From contig JALMLS010000356.1 of the NCBI GenBank assembly GCA_038496445.1, positions 85,973 through 149,972 on the forward strand: 64,000 nucleotides of DNA. The letters are read 5' to 3'. A program made the position numbers and the translations under genes. Under the pieces are notes generated by a model. That model saw nothing but the letters and a program-made list of their open reading frames with translations, was not told the origin of the DNA and did not search any database. The stretch is from Trichosphaerium sp. ATCC 40318. Lineage: Eukaryota > Protista > Tubulinea. The stretch's first letter is position 1, and every line of letters starts with the position of its first letter. Shown here in pieces: positions 12,776 through 25,340 of the stretch.

Positions 12776-13575
12776 ATAGTTATTGCATTCTTGTAGAGTA
12801 AGACATCTCGCCTTACAACTTTTGTAGGATAAAAACCACTTTGTTATCTTCCTTACTCAATAATTTGGATAATAAAACATATTATACAACGCCATGTACC
12901 ATTTGCAATATTAGCAGATATCACCAAGGTTCCAGAAACAGTGTTTTGGGTTCCTGAGGCTGAAACCTGTTATTGCGGAAGTTCGAGGCAACTTTTGGGT
13001 TCAGGAACACTTCGCTGAATGTGAATGCTTCCTCTTCGGTTTGGAAGATCCTGTCAGGGTCAACACCTTGCGTACGTGCTGCATCGTTTGTATTGGTATA
13101 CAACCGTCAAGTTGGCTGCGCCGCTATTCGATGAACAAATAAAAACTTCCGCTTCGATTTGACTCTTATTTTAAACAAGTACTTCCCTTGCTTCTACAAT
13201 GACGATGTTTACAAGATATAAAGGTAAAAACCATATTTTGAGATGGAAGTTCATTTTCACGTGCGTTGCAAAATGTTTGATGAAGCGACTTACGTCGAAC
13301 TTCTTGCGTTTTATATTATTTTATGTAAAAGAGGCCCAAACGCCTTATTTTCAACATGTAAACGTGCTGTGGGCCGTTATCTTCTTGATGAAGGATCGGT
13401 GTCTTTGCGATCACCGTCTCTTCATTTAACGATTGTGCGTCAATCGCCATTTTTGTGGAAGCAATACACTTGCGACAACTCTTCATTTACTAGACGGCAT
13501 CAGGACACGTTAGTGAATTCCAACAGCTCCAATATATATACTTTATCGCCAACTAAATCCTTTGTAGTTTACAAC

Positions 13576-16500
13576 ATGTCTTTACATATCGCAGGTACAT
13601 ATTTAAAAATGTTTGTGGCTCACTTTTGTAAGCCTTTTACGGAGATGATGATAAGGTCAAATTGTTATTAAAATCAGGAGCTGCCATTGAAGGTGAAGAA
13701 GGTGCAAAAGACACACCATTGATTACAGCAGGTATTGTTCATGACACCCTCTACACTGTACTAACCGCTATTAGCATTTTACGGACATGTTAATGTGGTT
13801 AAAACGTTACTGAAGGCAGGAGCCAATGTTAATGCTACAAACAAAAAAGGGAAAACATCTTTACATGGCGCAGGTACTTATCATCTTCTTTAAAGCAACT
13901 ACCCACATTCACAATCTAGTTTACCGTGGTCACCATGATGTGTTCCGAATATTATTGGAATCAGGTGCCTATGTGAATGTTTTCAGTACATCTTTCCATG
14001 AAACACCTTTACATTGTGCAGGTAATCATCAATTCAATAAAACTGGGTACTAATAATTACTAGCGGCACAAGGGTATGATTTAATGGTCGAAACCTTGTT
14101 GAAATCAGGTGCTGACATTAATGCCCGAGATAAACATCAACGTGTACCTTTACATATTGCTGGTAATACCTCAAGTCACTAAAATATATCTTACTGTATT
14201 ATTAGCCATAGAAGGGAAAGAATCTATTGCTGCATTATTGTTAAAAGCAGGCGCAAACATTGATGATAAGTGCAAAAGTCTGCAAACACCATTACATAAA
14301 GCAGGTGAGGAATTTGTCTAACAAGACACTTTTAGTTACTCTATTTAGCTGATGAGGGACATAACAAAGTAGTTAAGCTACTGTTAAAACTTGGTGCCAG
14401 TATAGATGCTATCGATACCCTAACACAAACGCCTTTATATGTAGCAGGTACTAAACTGGCTGTTTTTAAAGCAGCGCTATTAGATAACTAAGTATATTTA
14501 GCATTCAGAGGACATGAAGCTGTTGTTAAAACACTATTGATGTCAGGGGCCAATGTTAATATTGCAGAGATGGATGATGATCATTTAGATGCTGCAGGTA
14601 GAGTGAGTTTTAATAAGCCAGGTTTACTAAATCAGTTAAGTTTCAAGTAAACGTCCTTCCATTATAACGCTACTATTAAAAGCGGGAGCAAAGATAGACA
14701 CCTCCACTGATTATTGGGATTCTTGGAAAAGACAAACAGTTATCGACTATATCATTAAAGGAGTTGTAGAGAACAATGCCAATTTTGCAGATGCATTCAG
14801 ATACATGATGTGTCAATTGCCAAACAACAAACTTGAATGTCAATCATTTTGGTTAAAAGAATTAAACACAAATGCATATTGGAGATGTATACTTGCTAAC
14901 TGGCTACGCTATTTGGTATGTTGGATCGTTAAACTTATAGTACACACTCAATACTAATTCTGATATCTACAAATAGCCATCACAGCCTTACTTTGAGCTT
15001 GCAATTGAAAAAGGGATTTGTAGTTTGATTTGTACTTACCATCCAATCCTCGTTCTTTCTCAGGTTTGAAACTTCTTAAAATGGGCAGTAATTGACACGT
15101 TTATTTTAGAGTTTTTGGCATTCAAACCAGGAATGTATGATGGGCATCTTACTGGACTTGCCAAAGGACATGTGGAACAATACACGTGATGCCATTGAAC
15201 TGGTAAAAAATGATTCCTTGAGGGCAGTTGTACATGCCCATTGTGTTTCAAAAGGATGGTGTCCTCAATACTTCTTGGGTGAACAAGATGATTTGCGTGA
15301 GTGCTTTATCAACTAACAAGGTTCAATACTTACTTATTGTAGAGCGTTGTGACGATAAAAGGGTTGTGTGCATCCATTGTGCTAAACTACATCACCGAGA
15401 ATATTCCTACTTATGTATTACAATTAAAGAGAAAAAAGACTGGCCCAATTTTGACCCTACTTGCATTCACAAACAAGACATTCCAATCTCAAAGATACTT
15501 GTTGACCAAGTTAACAGTACGTCACATGTCATCAGAGGTGAACACAAGTTAGAGCATGTATCTGATAACATTTGGGGAATGAATGAACGACTGAGATACG
15601 CACAAAGCTGGGATACTACAAACAATGGGTGAGTCATAAAAATAACAACTAATGATTATTGACATTATACAACAAAAAGGGATTATGTCAAGAAGGCAAC
15701 ACATTACAAGACTTTGAACCTTCTCGATTCAAATGACATTGTCGCCAAAAGAGAGTATCTCAACTTACTTGATCACATGTCTAAAATGAAAGGGTTTGAG
15801 TTATTCGAGATAACTGAAGCAGTTCTTGTGAACAATACTGTTTTGAGTGATAAATTCAGTGCTTACAACTCTATACTTGCTCATAGACACAAGTACGTTT
15901 ACCACTTTCTATCTTTGTTTGAATTTCACAAAGTTAGGACGTTACCAAAGTTATTCTGTAAACGTGACTGGGAGAAGAGTCATGCCAAGGATATGGTGCT
16001 TCAAAAGTTCAACGATCTTTGTTCAGTCTATTCGCAAAGCTCTAATGAAACGGATGAAAAAGTAACAACACCTACAAACTAGTAGCTTGTGACTCCCTTT
16101 GCTAGGTACCAGTGATTTTGATGGCTCATGGTACTTCAAAACAAGCCGCTTGGAGTATTGTACAAGGTGGTTTTGGGACAGTAAGCTCATTGGACGCTGG
16201 ATTCTATGGACAAGGCATATACTTTACAGTAAGTCTTCAAAGGCAACATAAAAGTACATGCTAAACTTGAAAAATAGAGCAATGTGAGGTATGCTTGTAT
16301 GTACGATACATCAGGACCAGAGAAAACATTGATATTGAGCTTTGTTACGCCAGGAAACACCTACCCTGTACGCCTTTGACTTGATAATAGTAGGTCTAAC
16401 TATGATAATAGGCAACAGAAGATCCGAATGGTCCTGGTAATCTACATGGAGCACCAATAAAATCGGGATATCAAAGTCATTACGCATGTGTAAACAGAAA

Positions 16501-17092
16501 GGGTAAACCATTTAAGATGTCAGAACGTGAAAATACAAAGTCAAAAGCTGTTGAATACGATGAACTTGTTGTAGCACAAGGTACTTTTCAATAAGAATAC
16601 AGTGTCTATTTCTGATCTTTACAAGATGATCAAGCAATTGCACGTTATATAGTCACACTTGTGAAGAAGAAGCGTAGAGGCAAAAATCGTTCTGTTGAAA
16701 ACAAAGAAGGAAATATCAAAGAACCACAAACAACGAAATCAGACTGTTCTGATGATGAGTTTTCTGATGATGAAGGAGACAATGAATTCATACAAAAACG
16801 GTACTTAACGCTATTACTGTATTCAACGCTAACAAGTACAAGTAATCTATGGGGAGCGAATGAAGTCAGTGAAGAACAAACAATATCTCCAAATACACAA
16901 ACAGATATTGTCAAGAAGACTCACGAAACACAAGCTCCTATAGCTTCTGTAAAGGTATTGCCGGATGTTGTGGAACCTCAATTCTTGAACTTGCAGGAAG
17001 AGGTTAACTTTTTGAGGCAGAAAATTGAACTACTGCAGCGCGAGATCAGCACATTGAAGCAAGAGAACAGCTTAAAACTAAACCAACAATAA
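13576..17092 (+). CDS. Ankyrin-repeat protein with C-terminal PARP-family ADP-ribosyltransferase domain and coiled coil
   Basis: About 8 ankyrin repeats, one per exon; MAHGTS, GFYGQGIYFT, YKSHYACV and YDELVV give an H-Y-E triad. An alternative start at 13199 is possible. Confidence 0.85.
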
Positions 17093-17408
17093 AGTTGATG
17101 AATCAATCCACTACACTATCACCCAGGCACAAACCTATCTTCCTAAGTGTAAACACATAAAAGAACAGTTATTTTATACATCTGGATGTTGTTGCTCTTT
17201 TACCAGTGGTCATGTAAAAGCGCTAGCTCCAATGAAAACATAACATTGAGTCAAATTATAACACCTGACAGCCAGCAACATTTGAAGAAAAAAAAATTTC
17301 GTAGTAAAACCTTTCCAAAGTTTTTTCACACCGTTGCTTGTTCTTTTAAAATGATACCTTTGTTTTAATACCAAAAATTCACTTGTAACTCGACCACAAA
17401 ATCAAAAT

Positions 17409-17900
17409 TTATGGTTCGTTCTCAGTCCACAGCGTTGGAAGGTAGTTATTTTCAAGAATAAGCCTTGGATTTCTATCGTCAAGCATACACACTTGCTTTC
17501 TCTCTTCAGGAGGTATGCATTCCTTGGAGCTCGTATCATCCTTCTGCAGCTTACATGTTAGCCTTAGTAGAAGCCTTGCTGCTATTGCTGCGAGACTAGA
17601 AGTACAAAGTTAAAGAAAGAACTGTTGATGCATGCAAGCATTGTACTTATTTCGAAAGGTTTAGTAGCAGAGTGGTATCCTTGCAGCCACGTATGTCAAA
17701 TGGAACTCTTTGTCATTCCAAAACAAAGAAACCAAAGAAATGACAGACTATAATGTTTGTTAGTTTACTTGTGCAACAAGAGTACACGAAATTACCAACG
17801 AGGCAGATCTCTCCACTGAAAATTATGACATAGTACCAATGACTCAAACGTGCACAAGCATGTCTAGCTAACACTTGCCAAAGGCAATCAACAAAACAAG
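17409..17900 (-). CDS. Small hypothetical protein, 5' end unresolved
   Basis: Open exons bounded by splice-like sites; the last exon reads LAAIAARLLLRL...LWTENEP*. Confidence 0.35.
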
Positions 17901-18133
17901 TAAACACCAAAAGATTAACGTGCCGACCAAGTCATCTCACCTACATGCATTATCGACACAGTAACCTTATCAATAATAAAGACTATATCATCTTATATTT
18001 GAACTACCGGCAAAAAATTAGAACGTCCGTTAAAACACTAAAACCCGAAAAGTTGGTAAATTTCTGACGCATTCCCGATTCTCCGTTTCGGTAAATAGAA
18101 ACTCCTCCACATCATCCTAAAAGTATTGTAATC

Positions 18134-18992
18134 ATGTTAAGAACACTAGTAAACGCAGCACAACGTCAAATGGGATCCACCTTCGGTATTATAAAGGAAG
18201 AAACGCCAGATCATACAGTATTGGCTAATAAAGGGTCCTATGAGATTAGAAAGTATCCTTCGCTACTTATAGCAGAGACAACGTACAATGGTACGTGAAA
18301 ATCGTTACTTTTCTTAAAACGCATAACGTTATGCTCAAACGCGTTAATAAATCACTTAGGTAACGATTCTATTGGTTTTAGGTCACTAGCAGGGTTTATA
18401 TTTGGAAAAAACACTGTTGGCGATACAAAGTACGTACACAAGCGCTGTGACAGTATTAAAGTATTTTTAACGCTTTTTTACAGTACAAGTGCCAATGTCG
18501 CGATGACAGCTCCTGTTGAAATTAAAAAGCTTGACAATAAGAGAATCATGCGTTTTATTATGCCATCAAAGGTAAACCAAGCATTTTAAAACTCTCTACT
18601 GTTGTCGGGTTTTTTTGCTAATATTTCTTTTGTCACTTAACTAACTGCCTTCTAAGTACACTATTGATACTCTACCAAAGCCTAAAGATGCATCAGTTGC
18701 AATAAAACAAACTGAAGGTCTCATAGTTGCTGTTAGAAAGTTCTCTGGATACACAGGAGATGATAAACTAAAGACACAACGTGAAGCACTATTGTCAGAT
18801 TTAAACAAAGACAAAGTCACATTAAACCCAGATGAGGACTGGTACTACAACCAGTATAACCCACCATTGTACGTATTATATTACCACTATTTTCTTGTTT
18901 TGTAGTTGTGAGATTTTCTCACGTGATACCTTAGCACATTGCCATCAATGCGTACAAACGAAATTTGTATTCCAGTGAAATTCGAAAGTTGA
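18134..18992 (+). CDS. SOUL family heme-binding protein
   Basis: YEIRKYP, GFRSLAGFIFGKN, AMTAPV, MRFIMPSKY, LPKP, AVRKFSG and YNPP.TLPSMRTNEI. Confidence 0.92.
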
Positions 18993-20012
18993 GTTTTAGT
19001 TTGGACCGATCATCATACTCCCCTTGTATATTAATTAACAACCTTTCTTTTAATCTCGTTATATGAATTATCAGTTGCCCTATTTAAGCCTGCCTGTTTT
19101 TGTCAATACAGTTGTTTCACATCTCGAGTAAACAAGAAAACCCAACTCCGAATGTACTTTTTCTGTTGTTCGTTACTGCCTTTACTGTGAGTTTCTGTAA
19201 TATCACGTACATACATCGCAATGAGCCATACAACTGGGAATTGATGCTTAATTAAGTGTAAACTGTTATTCCGCAGCAATTACATTTAACGGACCTTGAG
19301 TAAATAATGACAACATTAAATTGCGTCTGTGACATCACACTAATAGTGTGCTTAAGATCACATCAGCTCCCAACTGAAAAGCTGTAAAATAAAATAGGGT
19401 TCTCGTATCGTTCAGTAAACAAGAATCTGTTTCGGAACGTCACGTGATTTTATGTGGACGATATACTATGCAACGATTATTGGGTTTAGTAAACTATCTA
19501 TGTAGTACTCAAAAAAGGTTATTGAAACCCACATCAGGATTCCTTTGGTATCTAAACTCGTCTCAAGAGCTCCTGCTATCTAGTGTACGGTTGCAGTTTT
19601 TGGAGTTGCCCGAATGTAGTTTTGTGTTCAGGAACTTCTCCTGTAAGGTAAGAAAACCATAGAAGCACCCAACCATTTTGCACGTTACCCATTACTTACA
19701 TCCTCACTGCATTGGTAGTTGTACGGTAGTACACTATAAACTCCAAAGGCGCTAATTGGATCCATGGAAAAACTAGTAACTCCGTGTTGCCTTACATAAC
19801 TATAACGAGCATGTATGTAAGCAGTGGCAACAAAAGCAAAGTTCCTTATTTGTTCGTAACAATGTTTCTTACAGCGCACAATTTTTTTCTGAAGAGTCAA
19901 CGCTAGTTATCCCTCGCTATTTTTTTGCGTTTCTCGTCCACGGAGCTAGCAACAACGGTAGCCCATTCTATACAATCTTGTTAGACTTATAAGTATACAA
20001 CAAGCCCTACAA

Positions 20013-21142
20013 ATGCCTTCTCTATTCAACCTACAATTTAAAACTGAAGGCGTACCATCAACTGAAGTAGTACAGATAAGCATTACAGTCAATGGTACGT
20101 AGCGATTGGGTAAATACCCAAGTTAAGGGTAAAAAACAAAAAATCCGTTCCAATCAACTTTCTAAACTTTTAACAAAACACGTGATCCAAACGACGTCAA
20201 AATTTTTTTTCGCTTCCGTGCAGTTTTTTTTTTTTGGTTTGTGAAAACTTTTGTTGTCTTTCTTTACTCTTCATGTCTAATGTTTTACTAGATGTCAAGT
20301 ACGTTGCTGTACAAGATGATAAGGTTAAAAATAAACACAAAGTACGACAAGTCCTATGGCCAAGGAAAACACTCGCTTTGGTTAGAATACAATCACTGGT
20401 ACGTACACATGCCGACTAGCGTCGCAAGTTATTCTGAAGTAAAATAGTTTTTTGTTTCTGAAATTTTTTTTGTTGATAAAAAATTGATCACGTGATCTCT
20501 TATAACGAACAGACACTTCGTTTAGCGTCATCTAAAGACATTACAATTTTCAGATATTCTTCGCCGATTGTACAAACGAAATTTACTCAACTGAGACAAG
20601 TCGCGAAAACACAGCGACTTCCTCTTGTTTGGTAGATTGAAATTTCGTACTCACGTGTTTCGGTTTTTTTCCTTTGTTTTTTTTTCGAACACAAACGCTC
20701 TTGATACAGTTTTCAATTGAAATTTGAACGACTGGTTCTACCCCTTAAATATACACCTACCTATAGCGCTATAGATTTTTATTTCTTTTTGGTTTTTAAC
20801 CCACCACGTTGTGCGTTGAACTTACTTTTTTTCTTTTAGAATGATGCACGTTTTTACACAACATACTCTATCGTCCTACCAGATAAATTGAATGGTCTCT
20901 TTACTAAGCATTCACAACCTATAAAAGTACCTGGAACAGAGAGATTTGGTAGCTGTACTGTATACATGAAGTGGAGGAAGATCCGATCACGAACAAGGTC
21001 CAGCACAGTCTAAAAAAAAAAAAACTTAAAAAACCGCCATCCGATGACAAAAAATAACTTTTGGTTTAGTAAGAAGAAGCAAGCTAAGAAAGCAGCGCAT
21101 AGACTTCGTACATCTAATCTTGGCAAGTATATTGGAGGTTAA
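20013..21142 (+). CDS. Hypothetical multi-exon protein
   Basis: Exon chain from MPSLFNLQFKTEG to ...KKAAHRLRTSNLGKYIGG* with canonical introns; no family recognised. Confidence 0.55.
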
Positions 21143-21951
21143 ATGGGTCAAATAAAACCTATACATGGCGTCTGGTGGCTAAAACCCAAAAAAGAAAGAA
21201 CAGAAAAAAAAAGAAAAGAAAAAAAGTATTGTAAAAATAACCAACTTGTAAAACAGATAAAGTAAAATTGTATTATTAATTAAACAAAAGACAATAAGAT
21301 AAAAGAGTCCGGTAACTTATTTTAATAATTCATAAAAAACTACACAAGCTAGAGCACATTTTTTGGTTGATTTTATTTTTTGCTTACCCTTTTTTTCGAT
21401 CCATTCTTATTGACAATAAAGTGCTACGTGGAGTGACTGGTTAAGAATAAGAATGTATTAATTGATTGCGTCATCATACAAATAAAAAGGCAAAGGTAAG
21501 ACGTTCACAATAAACCTAGTGGAGTAATAATTGAAACTTCGAGAGTACATGTATCTTACAACACGTGATTATTAACAAACCCAGACGCCTGTTCAAAAGA
21601 ACGCAGGTGCGCTTTTAATTATTTCCACTCAGCCAAATTTCATCAGGTCTGGTTATCTTGTATCCAAGATATTGGTAGGTTTTATGAAGGCGCCAGACGA
21701 AAGGATTTTTTCAAAAAACAACTATGTCGCAAAGCCCTTATGATTTTTGAAAAGTTTTATTTTTTTGATTATCTTTCTCGTAATCATATATTTCCCAACC
21801 AACCAACCACGTTAATATTTTAAGTTATTAACTATTACCTTCCAACCTCCAATGAATAGAGGAAAGAAGTTAATTTCTAAAAGTACAAATATTACCATCG
21901 GAGTCTTGCGTCACCTAAAAAAAGAACATCAGAAAAAAAAAGATGTAATTC

Positions 21952-23860
21952 TCATTCGGATCTTGCTAAGTGACTTGCCTTGGTAGGGTTTGGATTGACT
22001 TTGGCTACAAGTTTTAGTTTACCAGTAACAGGTGTCTTCCAGTCATTTTCTAGGAGACCACCAGTATCGCCAGAATCAGGGTTGAGACACCAAAAAAAGT
22101 TGTCTGTGTTTTCGGTTTCCACTAACCACGTAGTGTATGCATCAAGCCATTGCTTCAAAACAATTAAATAAACAAGTATGTCAAAAGAACGTACTCCATC
22201 TGATCCAGTTAGTTGACCACCCCATTCTCCAATGACAATAGCGTTGCCTAAGGAACGTCAACAAAGCACGTGCAAAAAATCTTTCGTTTTACATACCTGT
22301 AACATTCGGCACAAAACCATAGTGAGTGTCCCATATCTCTGGCATATTTGCTGGGAAATTAGGGGCAGCGAAGTATGATTGATAAGCTACAGAAGGACCA
22401 TAGCAATGAGGAGAGTATACAAGTTTATCTTTTTGAGTTAACTCTACAGGTGCTTCATGAACGCCGAGAAGATTTTCTCCCCTAAAAAACTATTTTTAGA
22501 TCGCTCGCAACACACTGAATATTGTCGTACCAGAAACATGCGTTAGTACATGGTGGACTCTTGTTTGTTCCTTCGACAAAGATGAGGTACCTGCATACTA
22601 AAGTAAGCAAATAAAGAGCTTTGAGAAAAAAAGTGTTGGTAGAAAAAAATCGTACTTTGATCCAGCTGGAGTTGAATGGATATGGTTACCAATTCGTGCT
22701 GCAGCTTTATCCCAGTCAGTCTTTAGATCTCCTGTATTCCATGTAGTTGCGAAAGGTTCATTCTTTAGATCAAGGGCAACAACATTCCAGGTGTTAGCGT
22801 ATCGTGCGATAAGAGTATCCTTTGTAAAAAATTAGATCCATGTTTCCAACAAAACCTAAGTTTCTCGCTTACCCAGCCTTTGATGACCATGGATTCTGGA
22901 TGAGTTGCGTCATACCATAAACCGTCTTGCATAAACGTGCCTAAGATATAGTGCGTTACAAATGGTAGTCATGGTAAGGAAATGAAGTACGGAAAAACAA
23001 GTTAATCTTACCTCCTAAGAAGGAATGGAGATCTAACATTATGAGAATACCGTTCTGTCCTGCGTAATCTATAATTTTATCTAGTACTTGCATTGAAGTC
23101 AAACTAGTCATTTCAAGTAAGTAAAAGAATGAGACTTGTCGTAAAAGGGAACAGACACCAAAAAAAAAATCTCAAGAAACAAGATTGTTACGAAATCTTG
23201 GCGTACTTTTTGAGGTCTTCGTTCATGTTGTAATAGTTTATAGAATCAGGCATAGTGGTATTATTGAGTACCAATTCTAGGAGAGGAAGAAAATTAGAGT
23301 AGGATTGATCGAGGCTTTTCGTGGATGGTTTCTTTTGTTTTGTTTTGTCTTTCAATCTTATTTTTTTATTGTACCTAAGTAAAAAGGAAGTCTCATGGCG
23401 TTGAACCCATTCGTCTTTATAAAGTCCAATAATGTTTTATAGTCTGAATTTATTTAGTATACTAGTTACTGGAGCAGTAAAAAAAAAATATGAAAATGTC
23501 ACGTGACAGTACAAAAAGCAAGTAAAAGTCGGAAGAAAATTGTTAGGATAGTTTCTTCCTTTTTGTGATGTTAAAACTGTTTAAATATTGGCCTACCTTG
23601 TGCCCATAACCCATGACAGACATTATTAGTCGTTTCAAAACCGAACCAACTCAATCCTTTTAGATAAAATCGTTCGCCGTTCGCGTGCAGGTGACCGCCA
23701 GAAGACGTTAATTCAAACGCCTCTGGGGCACTACAACCAGCCCAGGCATAGATCTAAAGGGTTTTTGTTAATACACAACAGCACTGTGGATAGAGGACGA
23801 TAATCTAAATAAGCCTACCGTGAAGGAAGATAAGACTATAAGAAATAGACACCAGTTCAT
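21952..23860 (-). CDS. GH5 endoglucanase (cellulase), secreted
   Basis: Signal peptide; KGLSWFGFET, HGLW, GFNAMRLPF, DLKNEP, YSPHCYGP, IGEWGG and WCLNPDSGDTGGLL. Confidence 0.93.
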
Positions 23861-24260
23861 GCTTTCAGTTTACTTTGAGTGAAAACAAAAGGGAGGATTT
23901 TGGAAAACTTTGACCAAAAAACGATCTAGTTTTCGGCGTGTTTTGGTTCAGAGAACACTGTCGAGTCAGCGTCAGTGCCGATAGTTTCTTTAGAGTTGCA
24001 CAGATAAATAACTTGCTGAGGAGACTGTTATAGAAAGCTCAATAAAAATAAAAAAGGCTTGGCGAAATAAATCTAGCTTCCCTTTTAACAGCTTTAGCCT
24101 TGTTGCAATAACAATATCATCACTATACTGAACGAGGAGACTACAAGCAATGGTGTTCATAAAGGTTCGTTGCTATGTTAGTGGTAGTATACTGGCTACA
24201 GAATACGTAGCCCGTTCATCTCAAAAAAAAAAAGAGATAAACAATTATTATACAATATCT

Positions 24261-25219
24261 TTATTTAACAAGTTCATTGATAGCTTCAGAAAAGTACTCT
24301 GGCGTGCATGTCTTACTAAGCCTGTGATCATCATCAACGACTTTTAGAATAATATGAGGACTTTTAGATTTCAATTCTTGACTATCTGCAAGAGGGATAA
24401 CCTTCAGGAGAAAAAAATGTCAAAAAACGTCATTAAAAAGCTCAAAAATGCTCTAAAAATGAGCTGAAACTTACTGTATCGCCTGTTCCATGTATCACAA
24501 ATGCAGGCACATGAGAGGGAATGACGATATCATCGTTTGAGATGTAGTTGGCGTAGAAGTTAACTTGTTTGGCTGCTTGAGCGCAAAGTAATGTAGGACC
24601 ACTCCATACGCGTTTGGTGATACAATAGAGTGCAATAGCGCCTCCAAAAGACGAACCTACCAATAGTCAGCCAAAAGCGGTTGAAATCAAAGAAAGTACG
24701 CGTTTCCTTACCTACTACAACGTCTGGTTGATATTCTTGTATTGCTTTAGCTTGAAGAGCTACGCATGCTTCAAGCATTTGACTGACTCGTCGCTGAGCC
24801 ATCCTTATACCGCCATAAACTACGCCTACAACGCTCATACACATTCCGACGCGAAAATAGGTGTTTGTTATTGCAAAAAGCAGACAAGCTACTCTGGCAT
24901 GGTTTTAATACGTATTGCGACCTGTTTGAGCGTACCCTGATAGTGCTACGATAGATAGAGCGCCCATAGTTATTAACGGCTTCTTACGGGTATATTTCAG
25001 TACTGATTGTATCTCCGAACGCATTGATATGGCGTGAACGTCATGGTGCTTTTCTTGAGATGTTAAAATGAAACCAATCATATTCTCAGTTTAACGCACT
25101 CAAATTATTTACTTTACGCCCTCTAGGGCCAGATTCTAGCCCGTGCATGTATAGAACTATTTTTATAAACAAAATGCACAATTTCTTTGTTGAGGGGTAC
25201 CTTTTATTTGTCTAGACAT
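24261..25219 (-). CDS. Small alpha/beta-hydrolase (YqiA/UPF0227-like esterase) with a hydrophobic insert
   Basis: YMHGLESGP, VVVGSSFGG (nucleophile Ser), IHGTGDTV (Asp) and DDDHRL (His). Confidence 0.85.
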
Positions 25220-25340
25220 TAAATATTAATATGTGCTGTTGTTGAAGGTAATGTAGATTAGTCTGTGAACGGTATGTAGCGAATAGTATTGACTCAATAC
25301 AAAATTCGTCTTCAATAGTGTCTTCTTTGCTATAATACGT

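Noticed and set aside
12960-19640. Weak similarity between about 12990 and 19620 (ttttg.gttcaggaac)
   Set aside because: Too short to call a dispersed repeat without an alignment.
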